Positions 24,401 through 37,800 of a DNA stretch of 64,000 nucleotides are shown one piece after another. The position numbers and the translations under genes were made by a program. This stretch comes from Tubulanus polymorphus (Eukaryota > Animalia > Nemertea), in assembly GCF_964204645.1 (NCBI RefSeq), contig NC_134029.1, positions 19,710,950 to 19,774,949 of the forward strand. Direction: 5' to 3'. Within the stretch, counting starts at the first letter, position 1. Each line of letters begins with the position of its first letter. The notes under the pieces are model-generated. The model searched no databases and was not told the DNA's origin. It saw only the letters and a program-made list of their open reading frames with translations.

Positions 24401-27400
24401 GTGGACAATTTTTTTCCTCATTAATTAATTCATCGTTTTAGCTTTGAAATATGATTACGATCGATGGAATGGTAGAGTACATTCCTCAGAACTACGCGTG
24501 AACTCTTTCCTTAGCTTTTAGATAGAAATCACGTTTCCCTATCCTTGACCTGTTAAGCTTCGATTTAGATTAAATTCAGAAATGATTTCCCAAAAAGAAA
24601 ACAGTGTAGAGATTGTTAAAAATGCTTTTAAACTCACTTTTTCGACCTAGCTAGAACGATAGCATGATTGAAATGCTTTCCTCTCAAGATTGGATAAAGG
24701 TTTTTTTCTTATTAAATTTTCATTCTGTGTATGTGAATTGGCTTTTGGGTTTTTTACACGGTGGAATATGACGACGATGAACTTTCATTTTTCGAATTAT
24801 TTTTCTCCATTTTATCCCGGTTCATATGTTTTGTATCCCTTCGGGAAATCTGCTTCGGTGTGTTTAAAGGCGGGATCGCGTTCAGATGCTCGATTTTCGA
24901 ATAAAATGTACTATATTCGTACCGACCTTGACAGTAAAAAGACTTGTCAACACACTTACAGTAAAGGTAAACAGATAACTCTGACATTCGACACCGGTGT
25001 TCGGATAAGATCTTCAGAAAATCTACCACGCCGTATTAATATGATTCCCGACACTGTAAGCTATGGTATACGCGTAGACAATTTCAAATTGGATTTACAT
25101 TTGATGGAGAACATATATATATCTACATATGTACGAAGTACGATGTCTAAATTATGTATCGCAATTATAAGATGATAATGAAATTAATACTGGTAACCCC
25201 GCACTTAGCCTATCAGATACTATTCGCAAAGCGCTTACTCAAATTCGAATGTAACTGTTACTGTAATTCTGATGTGATTAGGGTAGCCTCAAATGAAGCC
25301 ATTTTCGGCGTTAGTTATAGAATATCCGCTGTGATTAGCTATTCGAAACGAAAGTCTCTCTCCCAAGGGGCGGAAGTTAGAGTAAAAATTTGAAACTTTT
25401 TTTGAGATGCGATTAGAACGACAGCATTTAATTCGATTTCTATCGTACTCTGGTTTTTTTCATACATCGTTCACTGTTTTCTGCTTTGAATATCATCGAC
25501 GCGACGCAAGCACTGGAAAAAAAATTACGATGAACTTTAACATTATTAAGATACGTAAAATACCGTAAAAAAGAAACTCGATTCAAAATCTGAGACAAAA
25601 ATTCAGATATTCTAAATCGAAGAGATAGAAGAGATATGGCGAAAAGTGATCGCACGCCTTCACAGATAGATACGAATTTGTGTCTGTGTGGCTTACAAAA
25701 AAAAGTGATCTGACATTTGTAATTGAGTCCAAATACCCCACGGACACAATATATATTCGAAATCCATATAGTAAAAGATAGCGTACGTATTGAATCGGCA
25801 CACACCCACGATGTATACATTACACTGCACAAATATAAGTGCAATATCGAACGATCTACCTACTTCGTTTTCCCAATTTCAAAATTTAATGCCATGTTTA
25901 CATTTATAACGAATACCTCCTCCTCCACACACACACATACACACACACACACACATTATAGATAAAAAGGACGCAACTCCCGCCTAAGACTTTTTTTCAA
26001 AACATTGATTGATTCGGCGATGGAAGAAATTTCACGAATTCTCAACGCGCCCTAGTTTACCCTTTGATCATAGCGGAGAATTTATCAAGAGAAAAACATG
26101 GCCACGTTTTTGATTGAAATTCCTAACACCCATCTCCAAAACTCGTAATGTAAATATCACAACTCGTATGTCGTGCCTGCGGGCTTCGAAGGCGGCGGCG
26201 TTAATAGACTTTTTGACGAGCGTTGCGTATATTTCTGTGTTTCAGTAAAACTGTCGGGCACGAACGTCGTCGAGAACGGGACGCAAATATACCTGCTGTG
26301 CAACGCTACCGGAATGAGAAAACCGCCCGAGGACATAACGTGGTATAAGAGCGGTGATAAAATAAACTCTAACGTTAAAGCGAGAATTCTCATAACGAAG
26401 CACATACGAGACCGTTCGCTCATCAGCGTGCTGGTAATCGAACGGAGCCGACCCAAAGACAGGGGCACGTACACGTGCGAAATGACGAAAGATATTTCGG
26501 CCAGTATCGATATTAAAGTTTATAATGGTGAGTATATGATGTAAGATTCGTAGCCGCAAAAAACGATGATGTCATTTTGTCTCCGCTGTTCGCGAATTTT
26601 GGGCGACCTTCGGTTATCGGAGTTAGTCGAACTAAATGAAACCGAATGTCCGTTAGATGGAACTATGGTCCGGAAATGGTCGACAACGCAATTGAGCACG
26701 GTCGTTCGGACCTAGGTTCAAGATGGCCGACATTGTGAAATACGTTACTACCGAACTATAGTGCGTTCGGTTATTAGTTCCGACCACTAGTCGATTACCT
26801 ACGAAAACTGAAGTTGGCCCTGTGTTAAAGTTGCGTGTATTTGTTGTAAATGTGGGTCGATGTTGACACGGCTGCGGCGCCAATATTGTTACCTTGGTTG
26901 TTAAACTTTCCCTTACTCACAGCGGACTGGTCGTTAAACGTTCCCGTGTGCTGTATGTATCCGTATCACCACTTCAGCGGACAACAGACGTGCTTTTCGG
27001 TTCCACTTTTCTTTCGAATCATTTTTCCCTCATTATTATTTATATCGGCTTAATTAGTGCGGCTTTGAGTGTTTTGTCAGTAACCGATGGTGAAAATGTT
27101 TAGAAAAACAAAATTATTCTACGCTATGACCTTAAGAAAGGCTTTTTCGAAATACATGCGAATAACGTATAACCTACTAGGCCTTTAAAATTCGATTCTG
27201 GGTTCAACTCTCTACATTATCGCATTTGTTCAGCAATGCAATGGTATACCGACAAAGCTACAGTGGCAAGCGAGGATTCAGCGATGATCCGCCAGGATCG
27301 CTAGTGGCACTGGGTTTACTGCGCTCAATTTCCTTCTACATATTAAATAAATGCTAATCGACTTTTCTCATTAGTAAATCAACTTTCAGTGAAATCTATA

Positions 27401-30400
27401 CCATACGCTGAGTGAGAAAGCGGATCTTATATCTATCCGAAGACTCGATTGACAATTTTCGGATTTTGCCGATAATTTTGATGATTTTTTGATTTAAAGT
27501 TCAAATTTCATTGAAAATTAACTGATTTTCACTACGAATAACCCAGTGTTTTGTTGCGCTATCTGGCGAATGCCGGTATCCCATTGATTGCGGTAACTAC
27601 ATTCATAAGACGTGTGTATTTTCTTGAATATTTCCAGAATTTGAAAATCAATGGGAAAATCTCGATCTTACATGTGGTGAGCCCATAAGTGCTAGGCGCA
27701 CAAAAGTCTTCGACCTTGAAAACGCGGTGGATATAAGAGACACGTCATAAACAAAAAAAAAACAAATATTCTAAATAGAATAGAATATAATTCGAAATAG
27801 AATGATATAAAAAGTCCTTGGAGGTATCACGTGGGAAAGCCTTAGAAATAGTGGATAAATATATCCAAAACAAGGGCATCTAAGGCCATTTTATTTTTTA
27901 TAGTCGAGAAGCATATAATATGCGTATTCTTATCCGAAATATTTCATAACCTTTGCCCACCGGTCATTTATCATCGAGTCACTTAAAGGAAAAAAAGAAA
28001 ATTCGATTCTTTCATTACATTTATCTATTTTCCTGCTAGAAAATTCTGTTTTTGAATATCATATCCTCGGGAGCTTCCGCGCTGAGCAAACAGTAACTCT
28101 TTTCATAAATCTTATACGGCGCAAAAGAAGTAATGCCATAATGATTTCCACTGAGGGTAAGAAACGTAGTATTGTAATAATGGAAACCGAGCAACAAGAC
28201 GGGGGCCATTATAATTAAACATCAAAGCTTAAATACATCGGGGAATAGGTAATATCTTTGTCAAATAAAAGCGACCATCGCAGAACAAGATCTGCAAAAA
28301 TAAATGGTTTTATTTATTATCAATCTCTAACGTAGAATCAAATTCGAACCGTGACGCATTGATTACACGCTGTTGTTAAATGTTGACTTGTTCGCTTTTT
28401 GTTCGTGCATCCCATGTGTGATTTCTTTATTTGCGGCTTAATCGTAATAAACGTTCGTCAACCCAATTATTGGACAAAAATGTTCGGTTTTTGTCCTGCA
28501 TTTTTGCTTCTTTTTTGAGTTTCAATCGTTCTGAAAAAAAGATCTTTATCAATATCTTTATCATGAGAAATCGAAATTTTTAAGGTTATTTATTTTCGTC
28601 GATATCTCCCCGATTTCAGTGATTTTGTATCATCGTTTTGTTGATTTATAGGAATTAAGTACAGAGAGCATAGAGCCAGCGCTTTCAAAAAACGAAATAG
28701 ATCTATGAAAGGTAAAAGCTTACCTGTTTACCTGTTGTAAAACACCGCCATGAAATTCTAGAAATTCCATATAGTACATCAATCTATGTATTAGTTTCTA
28801 TTTTCGATTGTGTTCCTTTCGTTGCGTGTTGTTGTTTTGGTAAATGGAAAAATCAGATACGCAGACGTCTATGACGTCATCTTAAACAAACGCCTCCGCA
28901 CTGACTATCAATTGAAAATCAATATAACACATAAGATCGACCTTTTTGGTGAAATAGATAGCGGCAATGCGCTATTTTAGGTAAATGCGAGATAAATAGT
29001 CGAATGATTCACAAATATGAAAAAGTGTTTTACTAATTTTTAATCTCAATTTCGTTTAAACAAATTGCCCACGCTATCACTAAGTCAATACACATACTTC
29101 TCTCGTGAATATACTTATTCTTCAAAATATCTACTTTTGCTGAAATCCCCCATTACTTATATGATGTCTACCTTTATCCATAGACCTTTATCCAAATTTC
29201 GTGATTGAGCTTTTCATCAAATAAAGCTACCACCTGGTATATTTTGCTACGTGGAATATAGCTTTTCATAGTATAATCTGTTTAACAACCAATGTAACAC
29301 ACAATATAAGAGCGCTATAAAGAACCATTTCATATTCGCTGTTAACCGTACGATGTTTTTAACTTCGAGAGATTTGAAATTGTCGATAATATTATGTGTA
29401 ATACCATTCATATATGCAAATGAGTGATCTACTCTGTGTTAATGCATTTTTGTTTTATTTTTTTCTTTCATTTCATCTCCTGCATGACAAATCAAGTTGG
29501 CACTGCTAATGTTAAACGTGGTAAGAAATCCCTTTATTTTTGTTCCTACTAAAAAAAATACCGATCAGAAACGGTCAATGTTCTAATTGTTCATAATTAT
29601 CATCAATATCATTATTGCTATAACCTAATATCAATCATATTACTACATGTGAAATGTCCATGAATATCGATCGGAAAACATGACTGATTATTATGCTATG
29701 ATGCGGCATTGCCTGATGGCATGTTTTTAATTTCTCAATGGCGGGTTTATTTGCAGTCCCTTTTTCAGATTGTTTGCAATTTTTCTTCTTACTTTGCATC
29801 ACAATAGAAGCGAACGAAAATCATAGAACTAGCGTTTAGTCACATTTACGAACTGTATTGCACTGAAATATAATGTAGTAGGTAGCTTGCACCCACTGAA
29901 ATATATACGGTATAGCAAGTAGTTCTGCTGTCGTTTTAAAAAGTAAAACAAGCGAAAATGAATATTCCCTTACCAAAAATTAATTCGAAATTGAATTATA
30001 GAATAAGCGATTCCAAATTACACTTACTGCAGAAATAGAAAAATTGCACATCTCTATTTTTCGGATCCGTATCTGCCTATAAAACATTCATAGCCCGATC
30101 TAATCAACGAACGAATTCAAAAATGATCGTGATCATACGATAGCGAATCGCTACATTTATCATATCCAGTGCATACATACAGTAGCGTCAATATTATCAT
30201 CGCCATCGACAATAAGTCGAAATCGCCATTTTTCAAGCATGTTCGCTTAGGCTCTTCACACTGTGGGACTTGGGAAATAGCGGCATTTCTGTTTCATATA
30301 TTAGTATGTTGCACTCCTATCTTATATATTTTCCAGGTACTTCAGTCCTCCATGTACGAAGCGAAAATCTGAGTGGTTCGGCGACGCCTCGTTCTTATTC

Positions 30401-30458
30401 GTGTCTTATGACTGTGCTTACTCTTCTACTGACTGTGCGGCATTGCTTAGTGTCATGA
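15711..30458 (+). CDS. Dpr/ZIG-8-like (Wirin family) two-Ig-domain, probably GPI-anchored cell-surface protein; 5' (signal peptide) exon not identified
   Basis: Phase-compatible GT-AG exons: 15711-15752 (LNYRYRERFRDPN), 17753-17865 (YSMVPKPAYNETPTNVSVGPGEIALLRCSIRNLGTKT), 20390-20609 (VTWRRKSEKHPLTVGKFTFVSDTRI...WNLVIRNVQESDENLYECQIST), microexon 24191-24217, Ig2 exon 26246-26527 (LLCNATG...ITWYK...DRGTYTC), candidate stalk microexons 27638-27676, 28652-28711 and 29497-29520, and terminal exon 30337-30458 (..SGSATPRSYSCLMTVLTLLLTVRHCLVS*, GPI-signal-like). The C-x3-NLGxKT|VxW, LTVG and YECQIS motifs and the split V domain are typical of Dpr/ZIG-8 proteins. Confidence 0.88.
18047..18152. repeat. 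Homopyrimidine (C/T) tract, G-rich on the minus strand
   Basis: About 105 nt of almost pure C/T (CCCTCTCTCCCTCCCCTT...). Confidence 0.9.
18391..18420. repeat. (TGC)10 microsatellite
   Basis: Read directly. Confidence 0.95.
25926..25955. repeat. (CA)n microsatellite
   Basis: Read directly. Confidence 0.9.
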
Positions 30459-33338
30459 CCGGCTTCTTCTCCGATATAATCTCTACCCCCCTCATCTTAC
30501 GAATAAGAACCATGTGCAATTATCTGAATTATCAACCACGCCGCCAGCAGCGAGAGGAATAATTAAAACAAAATAGTACGAAACAGTCGTTCAAAATGTG
30601 TTCGTTTAGAATGATCGAAAGTGCGGACAGGAAAGAAGACCTATATATACATATATATATATATATACCCGGTTCCTTTTTACCGTTTCCGAACTTAAGT
30701 CCGTTTCTTTATAGAGAGCGTGCTTCATAACCTTGACGAGGTGCGGGTATTTTAGAGTACGAATATATACCATATACGAGGTGATTTTTTTCGGGAGTCG
30801 TGTGTGAAACGGGATGAAAGCTTAGAATATTGACTAAACTGTGAATATTTTACACACCGTCTGAGAGAGGACTTCACGACGCAGATTGTCATCGGAGAGG
30901 TTTTATTTGTAGGTTATAAGTTAAACATTAAGACAAGGCATTTAAACGTCAGTTAAGATTTCGAATGGAGGAGGAACATCGTCTATTGAACAGGGTGTAA
31001 TATTACGATAGTCCGCAGTACGATAGTTGAATTATGACTTCGAAATATAACCTATGTTTACCCGCGTAAATTGTACGGTTGAAATGTATCATTTATAATA
31101 GCGATGTTTATTTGTCAATTTTCTGGTTCATTTGTTTTGTATGATATGGACATGATATGAGTATATGAAGAATATATAGATATTGCTTACCCGTCACACT
31201 AATTTTGTAAGGAAATCTCGCGAAGAGAAAAGGAAAAAAAGTAAAATCGTTTTTTAGACGTCTAGTGTAAGCCCATAAAGTAAACGGTATAATGAAATAA
31301 ACCGCGAAGGCATGTTGCTATATATGTATATTGAGAAATGGGTTTATATGAGTACAATTCGCAACTCGAAAGGTACAACACTAGTCTCAACCACTGTGCA
31401 TTTTATCAGCAAACTGCAATCTCCCCGACCAAACCGACTCTCAATTCGTCAAAAAGACCCAGAACGCGTAACCTTTTTCTTAGACCTAAACCACATCATC
31501 AAATCCTTTTACGAATTTAGCTTTGCTACTTACTCGATTATCCAGGAAAACTGCAATGAAGTCTTCCTGAAAATCACCGGTTTTAACGGGCACTTGACGT
31601 GGATTGTATTCGTTGTATATACATATACATGAATTGCCATTTGTAGTTTCATGAAAACAGAAGTGCCATAATGATGTTCGCGGATATGAAATTTGAATCG
31701 ACGATTGTCCGCTCCTGGACCTTACCTTATTCTTTTAAACGGTGTAATTCGTGGCAATGTGTTTGCCACAACAAAATGATGAACACTATAGTAAAATACG
31801 GTCTGATTTTTTTCAGAATGAGAAGCTTATTTTGACTTTTCCTGCCTAGTTTAAGTTGGCCTAACATGTCGGTACTTTTATGTGCAAACGCCATTAATGC
31901 ATTTACATATTGTTAATTGACAGAACGTCGTGTTTTAAAGCGTATAAATATGAAAACTATTTGATTTTTTCTTCAAAATTCGCTTTTTCGGTGTCCCTGA
32001 GTATTTTCAGTTCTCGGTGAGCGCGCGACGGCGTTTTGATGGAAACCTTATAACTCGAATTGTTGTGGTCGGTATGAAAGTTTAAAATTACCCCGGGTCC
32101 ATTCCCGCGGTAGTGACCACTCGTTCGCTTGAAAAACACCGATGAGTCATAAGTTTGTACTGTGTACAATATTTCTGTAAATATGATATTACGAATTTTT
32201 CGCCTCTGAATCGATCGACATCGTTCGGAAATTTGCCTTATTAGTCGCGCGCGTGGCTTAAGTATGCGCCAGTCAATTGAACGCCGTAAATCGATGTACA
32301 TTTTAGAAACTGATATACGTAGCTGAATTATTGTTATTCCTTTAATTGGTAATGATATAAGTATCTTTAAGTACATACGATACGATGTTGCCACCACACA
32401 ACAGAAACAACACACTTAGCGTGTATATACATATATATATTTGCTACGTAAGGTGTGGTGGCAGGTCGAGTTCTTTAAGGTCTATTGATGTTAACACGAT
32501 ATGAATGAAGGCTATTAAAAACATGTTGAGAACCTTTTTCACATATTGTATTACATTGACAAAGATATCATATATATACTATTCAAATTCAATACAATAT
32601 TCATTGTACCGAATGCATGTATCATACTGATTGAAAGACGTGTACATTTATTTCATCTTCAGTATTGTGACGAAATTTTGAAATATCCACCTAACTATTA
32701 TGTCCTATTAATACAGTTCAGTACACATCATTGGTATGTCATTTTGGACCAATGAACCATTTTTGTTTCAGCCGATATATATCCGTGTACAAAAACAAAC
32801 ACTGCCGATCGATATTTCATCATAGTAAAAACAATGCTGTTATTTCATTTCTCGGTATGTAATCGTTGTACCGATATATTACCTTATTACCCGTCGTCTT
32901 TATCACACACTTCAATACTCTACTAATCTTCTCACTATATAGAAGTCGGACATTTTTACCTCGAAAACGAGCGAACGAAAGTCAAGGGATTTTTTTCGGA
33001 CGTGCGTTCGATGGGTGACTTTTTTGAGAAAGGTTACAGAAATTCTGGGGATTCCGACGGATCGACATTGTTTTGTCTCCGGTTGCTTTGCCAAATTTTC
33101 CAGCTAATCGTTCGGAAATTGTCTAATCATCTCCTGGGATATATAATTGATCGTCTAATTGCCGTTAGTCATAAATTCTATCGAGTCATATATGTAGGAC
33201 GTATCACTTTTTCCACGTTAGTACCTTTTGTAATATTTTTGTGATACTATCATATATAATGATGTGAATAGATACGTAATTCTACTATTATACTTGCCTA
33301 TTACATTTCGAGTATATCTGTTGATTGATTTGAATTAT

Positions 33339-33586
33339 CAGGGGCGGATCCAAGGGGAGGGTGCACCCCCTAATCCCTAAAAATGTCAAATGCCCATAAA
33401 TTTTATTGCAAAAATGAAATAAATTAAACTGATACACAAACAAGTTTGGATTCATAAGCTTTTCTGTGTATTGCCAAAAATGAGTTCATTTTTGCAAAAA
33501 ATGAGATCATTTTTGCCCTTTTAATTATATAATACCCTATTTTGGGGGAACACCCCTCTCTGAATTAGACCCTGCATCCGCCCCTG
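33339..33586 (+). mobile_element. MITE with CAGGGGCGGATCCA...TGCATCCGCCCCTG TIRs
   Basis: Terminal inverted repeats with ATTAT on both flanks; homologous to 7691-7925 and 8029-8185. Confidence 0.8.
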
Positions 33587-34467
33587 ATTATTTCTAATTT
33601 AGATTAATTATAGTCGTATAGATCGGTAAACAATGACAACTTGGTATGTGACGTCACTGTGAAAACTAAGCGTGTATGAAAATTACGTTGCTATAAGTCT
33701 TGTCAAAATCTGTTGATTATTCAAAGGCTTCGAGTTTTCGAATTTCAGATTTTGCCTCCCTTACAATATGGTTCATGGACGCTGGTACAACCGCTTAAAA
33801 ATGATTTTTGTCTCATTTCGCACGCTATTTTCGTTTCGCGAATTCGTAGATTTACCCAGGATCTATACTAGATCAAAGAGTTAAATTTTCATGACATCAC
33901 CTCGCAAGTTGTCGATATATGTATAGCGAATAAGTGCCAAATATTTTTTCAATTCGTACTATACAATATTGTTGCCCCGCTTCTGAACGACGACAAACTA
34001 CATTCATTATAATGGTATCCCCACATGACTGTAATCATTCTGTAGGAGCTAAAAATTGTAACATAAATATATTATATATAATGTATCATGTGAAATGTGA
34101 GAGCTTGAAAAAAAACGGTTTTTTGTTGATAATGTATTAATGAATATTTTTCTTAAATGGCTACAGTTGTAAATTTGTCAGTTCAATGAAAGCATACGAT
34201 TACAAATAATAAAAGCAAAGTGATTTATCCAAATGTTATCGTAATCTGGTCTAATGCTATTACCGTTCCTTCGAGAATGCGTGTTCCTGTTTTTTCTGGA
34301 TAGCCTCTTATGTTGACATCGCAAGGATTAGCTGATGTTCCATACATACTCTATAGACTTGTAAAACAAAAACATCTGGATTGAAGTGAAATTTCGATAC
34401 ACATCGTGAAACATTGGACGCCTGGTGTTTAATTGAGGAACTGAATTCGTCTGTAGGCACCTACGTA

Positions 34468-34549
34468 TAGACGGGTTGGCGGTCTCTACATTCAGTCCTA
34501 TTCTGACTGCGAATGCAGGTGGCGCAGAATTGGACAGGTGACCAGTCTA
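34468..34549. mobile_element. 82-bp miniature TIR element with a 9-bp TSD (TAG...CTA ends; Academ/MULE-type signature)
   Basis: TAGACGGGT...ACCAGTCTA flanked by ACCTACGTA at 34459-34467 and 34550-34558, with an internal hairpin. Confidence 0.7.
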
Positions 34550-34846
34550 ACCTACGTAAGAACAGCTAAAATGGAGCTTGATTCAGGGAGATCCAAGAAA
34601 ACTGTATGCTATTTATCTTAATTGTCATCATTGATATTCATTCTATCGGAGGGGCATGGCATATTGTAATTGCTTGATGAGGTGGCGGTCTTATCAACTA
34701 TATGCATTGCATGATGGTAATGAAGGTGGATGATCTTTGCTACGACTTGGTTAAGAAATACTATCAAAATCATAGAAAACCGACAATTAGATATAACCTA
34801 TGATTTCTGGAAATTTCGTTATTTTGAATTACGTTTGTTTTTGTAG

Positions 34847-37800
34847 ACCCATCGTCGACAAATGTAACGGTTAGGACCGGGGGGTCCACTGTACTCAAAT
34901 GCCGAGTACACGATTCATGCCATAAAACGGTAGGAATGAAGTAAAAAAATCATGACATATGATAAAGTGACCTGTAACCATATCGTATATAATGTCCCAC
35001 GAGTATATACGTAATAAATCTTCCTGAAACTTAGACGGGGAAAGGAATCTAATTTGCATAATGTTTTGATATGCGGTTGCAGGTAATTTGGCGCAAGGCG
35101 TCGAGTGTTCTGCCGTTGGCGGTCGGTTCGTTGAAGTTCGTCGGCGATAACCGGATCAAGGTCACTACCAGACGAAAACCCGGAAATGTAACCGAGTACA
35201 ATCTGAAGATCCGCAACGCGGAACTGTCCGACGACGACATCTACGATTGTCAAATACGTTCAAAATCGACGCTGCTAATTAAAGTATTCAACCTAACAGT
35301 ATTCGGTACGAGAAATGGATTTCAAATTGAAATGTTGAAAAGTTATAAATTTACAACACTAATCACCACTGATAAAAGATATATGATATACATGAAGTAT
35401 TAATACAAGTAGGAACACGGCTATCTGAAATATCAATGCCAGGGGCGCATCCATGAATCTCGAATAGGGCATCCAAAACCTCCTTGCCCTAGTTATAGTA
35501 TTTACAACACGAAGTGCGAGTGCGGGTAGGGAGAAGCATAGGGACCTCCTCCAAGAATATTTGATGAAATTTACCTTTTTCTGACCATCGAGGGTAATTG
35601 AAAAACAAAAATTACCATGCAACTAATGTTATCTTGGCAAAAAAGGGCGCATGAACCACCCTTAAAACCCCTACTAAATGCTGCTTTATATTAGTAGCCG
35701 TATCGACGGATTTAAACATACGATAACATAGTCCTTCTAAAGAAACTTACATAAATGCTTGTTAGATTATCATTTTTGCAGCCGCAACAAACAACAACAT
35801 AAATGCGACAGGTACGTACGAACTATCTATCTTCAGGTTTAGTTAAATCCTGAAATCATTCGCGCATTTGATCAAGAATTGTATGCAGATTAGGAATAAT
35901 CAGGAATCATCGATTCTGATACATGTTCTCTTTTTGTACAGTCAGGGTGACTGGCACTCGGATTGTGGAAGCGGGCAGACGTCTTTATTTGTTGTGCAAT
36001 GCGACCGGCACCCAAAACAATTCGCCCGCAGATATTTCCTGGTTTAAAGACGGAAAGATACTTCATTCCGATGCCGTAGACGGGATACTTATCACCAAGT
36101 ATTATCTGACGTCTACTACAATCATTAGCGTGCTTATCATCGGGCAGAGTAGACTGAACCATACAGGAAAGTACGCCTGCCAAATGACACCGGGAAATAC
36201 GTACGGCAGCGCTAACGTTAAGATCATAGCCCGTGAGTCTTCTCAATAAGGATTCTACAGCAAACTGACCAAATTGACCAATTAGTAGTAGACCTAGTAT
36301 TTCATATTCCGTACTGTCCTAATAACAATTTTACCTTCGGTAGCAATTTTGATATGCCCTGTTTGGTTCTAATTTGCAGCTGAAAATGAAATTGATGGTG
36401 CGAAAGGTAATCAATTGCATGATTCTAAAATCCTGCGTTCTCTCGAGGTTAAAAACCATTCGACGGAAGCTCCATCGGTAGTTTTTCACATGTGCCTGAT
36501 GAATGTACGAATTTGTTGTAGTTAAAGTTGCGGGTAATCGTATTGTGGCCGAGAATGACAAACTCAGCTTGTTCTGCAATGCGACGGGAAGCCGCGAGAA
36601 CCCGCCCGATAATGTTTCGTGGTTAAAAGACGGAAAGGAACTTCATACAAACTCCGACGACGGCGTACTTATCACTAAATATTACTTATCGCGCACTTCT
36701 TTGTTTAGTGTACTAATCATAGAGTATAGTCAGTTGAAAGATGGAGGCCAGTACACCTGTCAAATGACACCCGGTAGCGTATTCGACACTGTAAGCGTTG
36801 ACATTTACACCGGCGAACTAGACGTAGAAAACCGCAGACGACATCGTGTCAGCCGCCGTGACATTTTCCAGAGATCGTCTGGTAAGATATATCGTCTATT
36901 CATTTGCATGCTTATCAGATACTTAAGAATATCAGATTATGTTTATGCCCACAAATATACATATATTGGAGGAAGTTTAACGTCTTTGAATGCGCTATTG
37001 CGCTGGGAAAATGATTTCATCTTTAGTATTTCTCACATCGTTCAGTTAATTTTATGGAGATAAATAAATGAATGTTATGAAGAATTCTTCGTATTACAGT
37101 GATAGGTATAATATTTCTTATAAATCCGTACAGTTTTCATTTTGATATTCGACAGTGACGATTAAAGGAAAATCGGAAGTGGAAAGTGGAGGACGATTAT
37201 ACTTGTTATGTAACGCTACGGGAAGTGAACAAAATCCACCTAGAGATATTTCCTGGTTTCGATACTCCAGCGAGCTCCATTCAAACTCAGCTGACGGGAT
37301 ACTAATCACAAAACGGCTATACCGTAAAACGTTGTTAGGCATTCTTGTCATTGCCCGCAGTCGAATGAATGATACAGGCCTGTACACCTGCCAAATGACG
37401 CCTGATAAGCTACGCGCCTCCGTCTACGTCGAAGTTTCCTCTAGGAATTATCTCAATCGTGTGCGTCGTGACCTTTCTCCGAGAAAGTCTCGTAAGATTT
37501 CGACATTTGTTTAACGATGAGCCTGGCTTCGTCTACCAGTATTGCAATCGTATAGATAATGATATTTCGTTGCAGGCACACGTAGTCGAGCACTGACCAC
37601 AAGGTTTAATCCATCGCCGTCTTATAACGTCACGATTACGACCGGGGAGACGGCACTGCTTGTATGTTCTGTACACAATCTAGGCCCCAAAACGGTAGGA
37701 AAACGTCATTGTATATCCCGATAACTTATCGTCCAAAACGGCATCAACCCTGACTTCAGTTTTAGGAGCCAGTCGCTCAAAAGAGTTTAACCAGTGGATA

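Noticed and set aside
24690-25175. 161-aa ORF
   Set aside because: TTG start, no recognisable domain, intronic AT-rich composition.
26850-26997. SINE-tail-like segment after a small inverted repeat
   Set aside because: No Pol III A/B boxes and no second copy in the window; cannot be supported without a repeat library.
31957-32415. 152-aa minus-strand ORF
   Set aside because: No recognisable motifs; lies antisense to the probable 3'UTR of the Dpr-like gene.
35213-35238. CTGAAGA-T-CCGC/GCGG hammerhead-like string
   Set aside because: Lies in coding sequence and lacks GAAA and stems I/III; coincidence.
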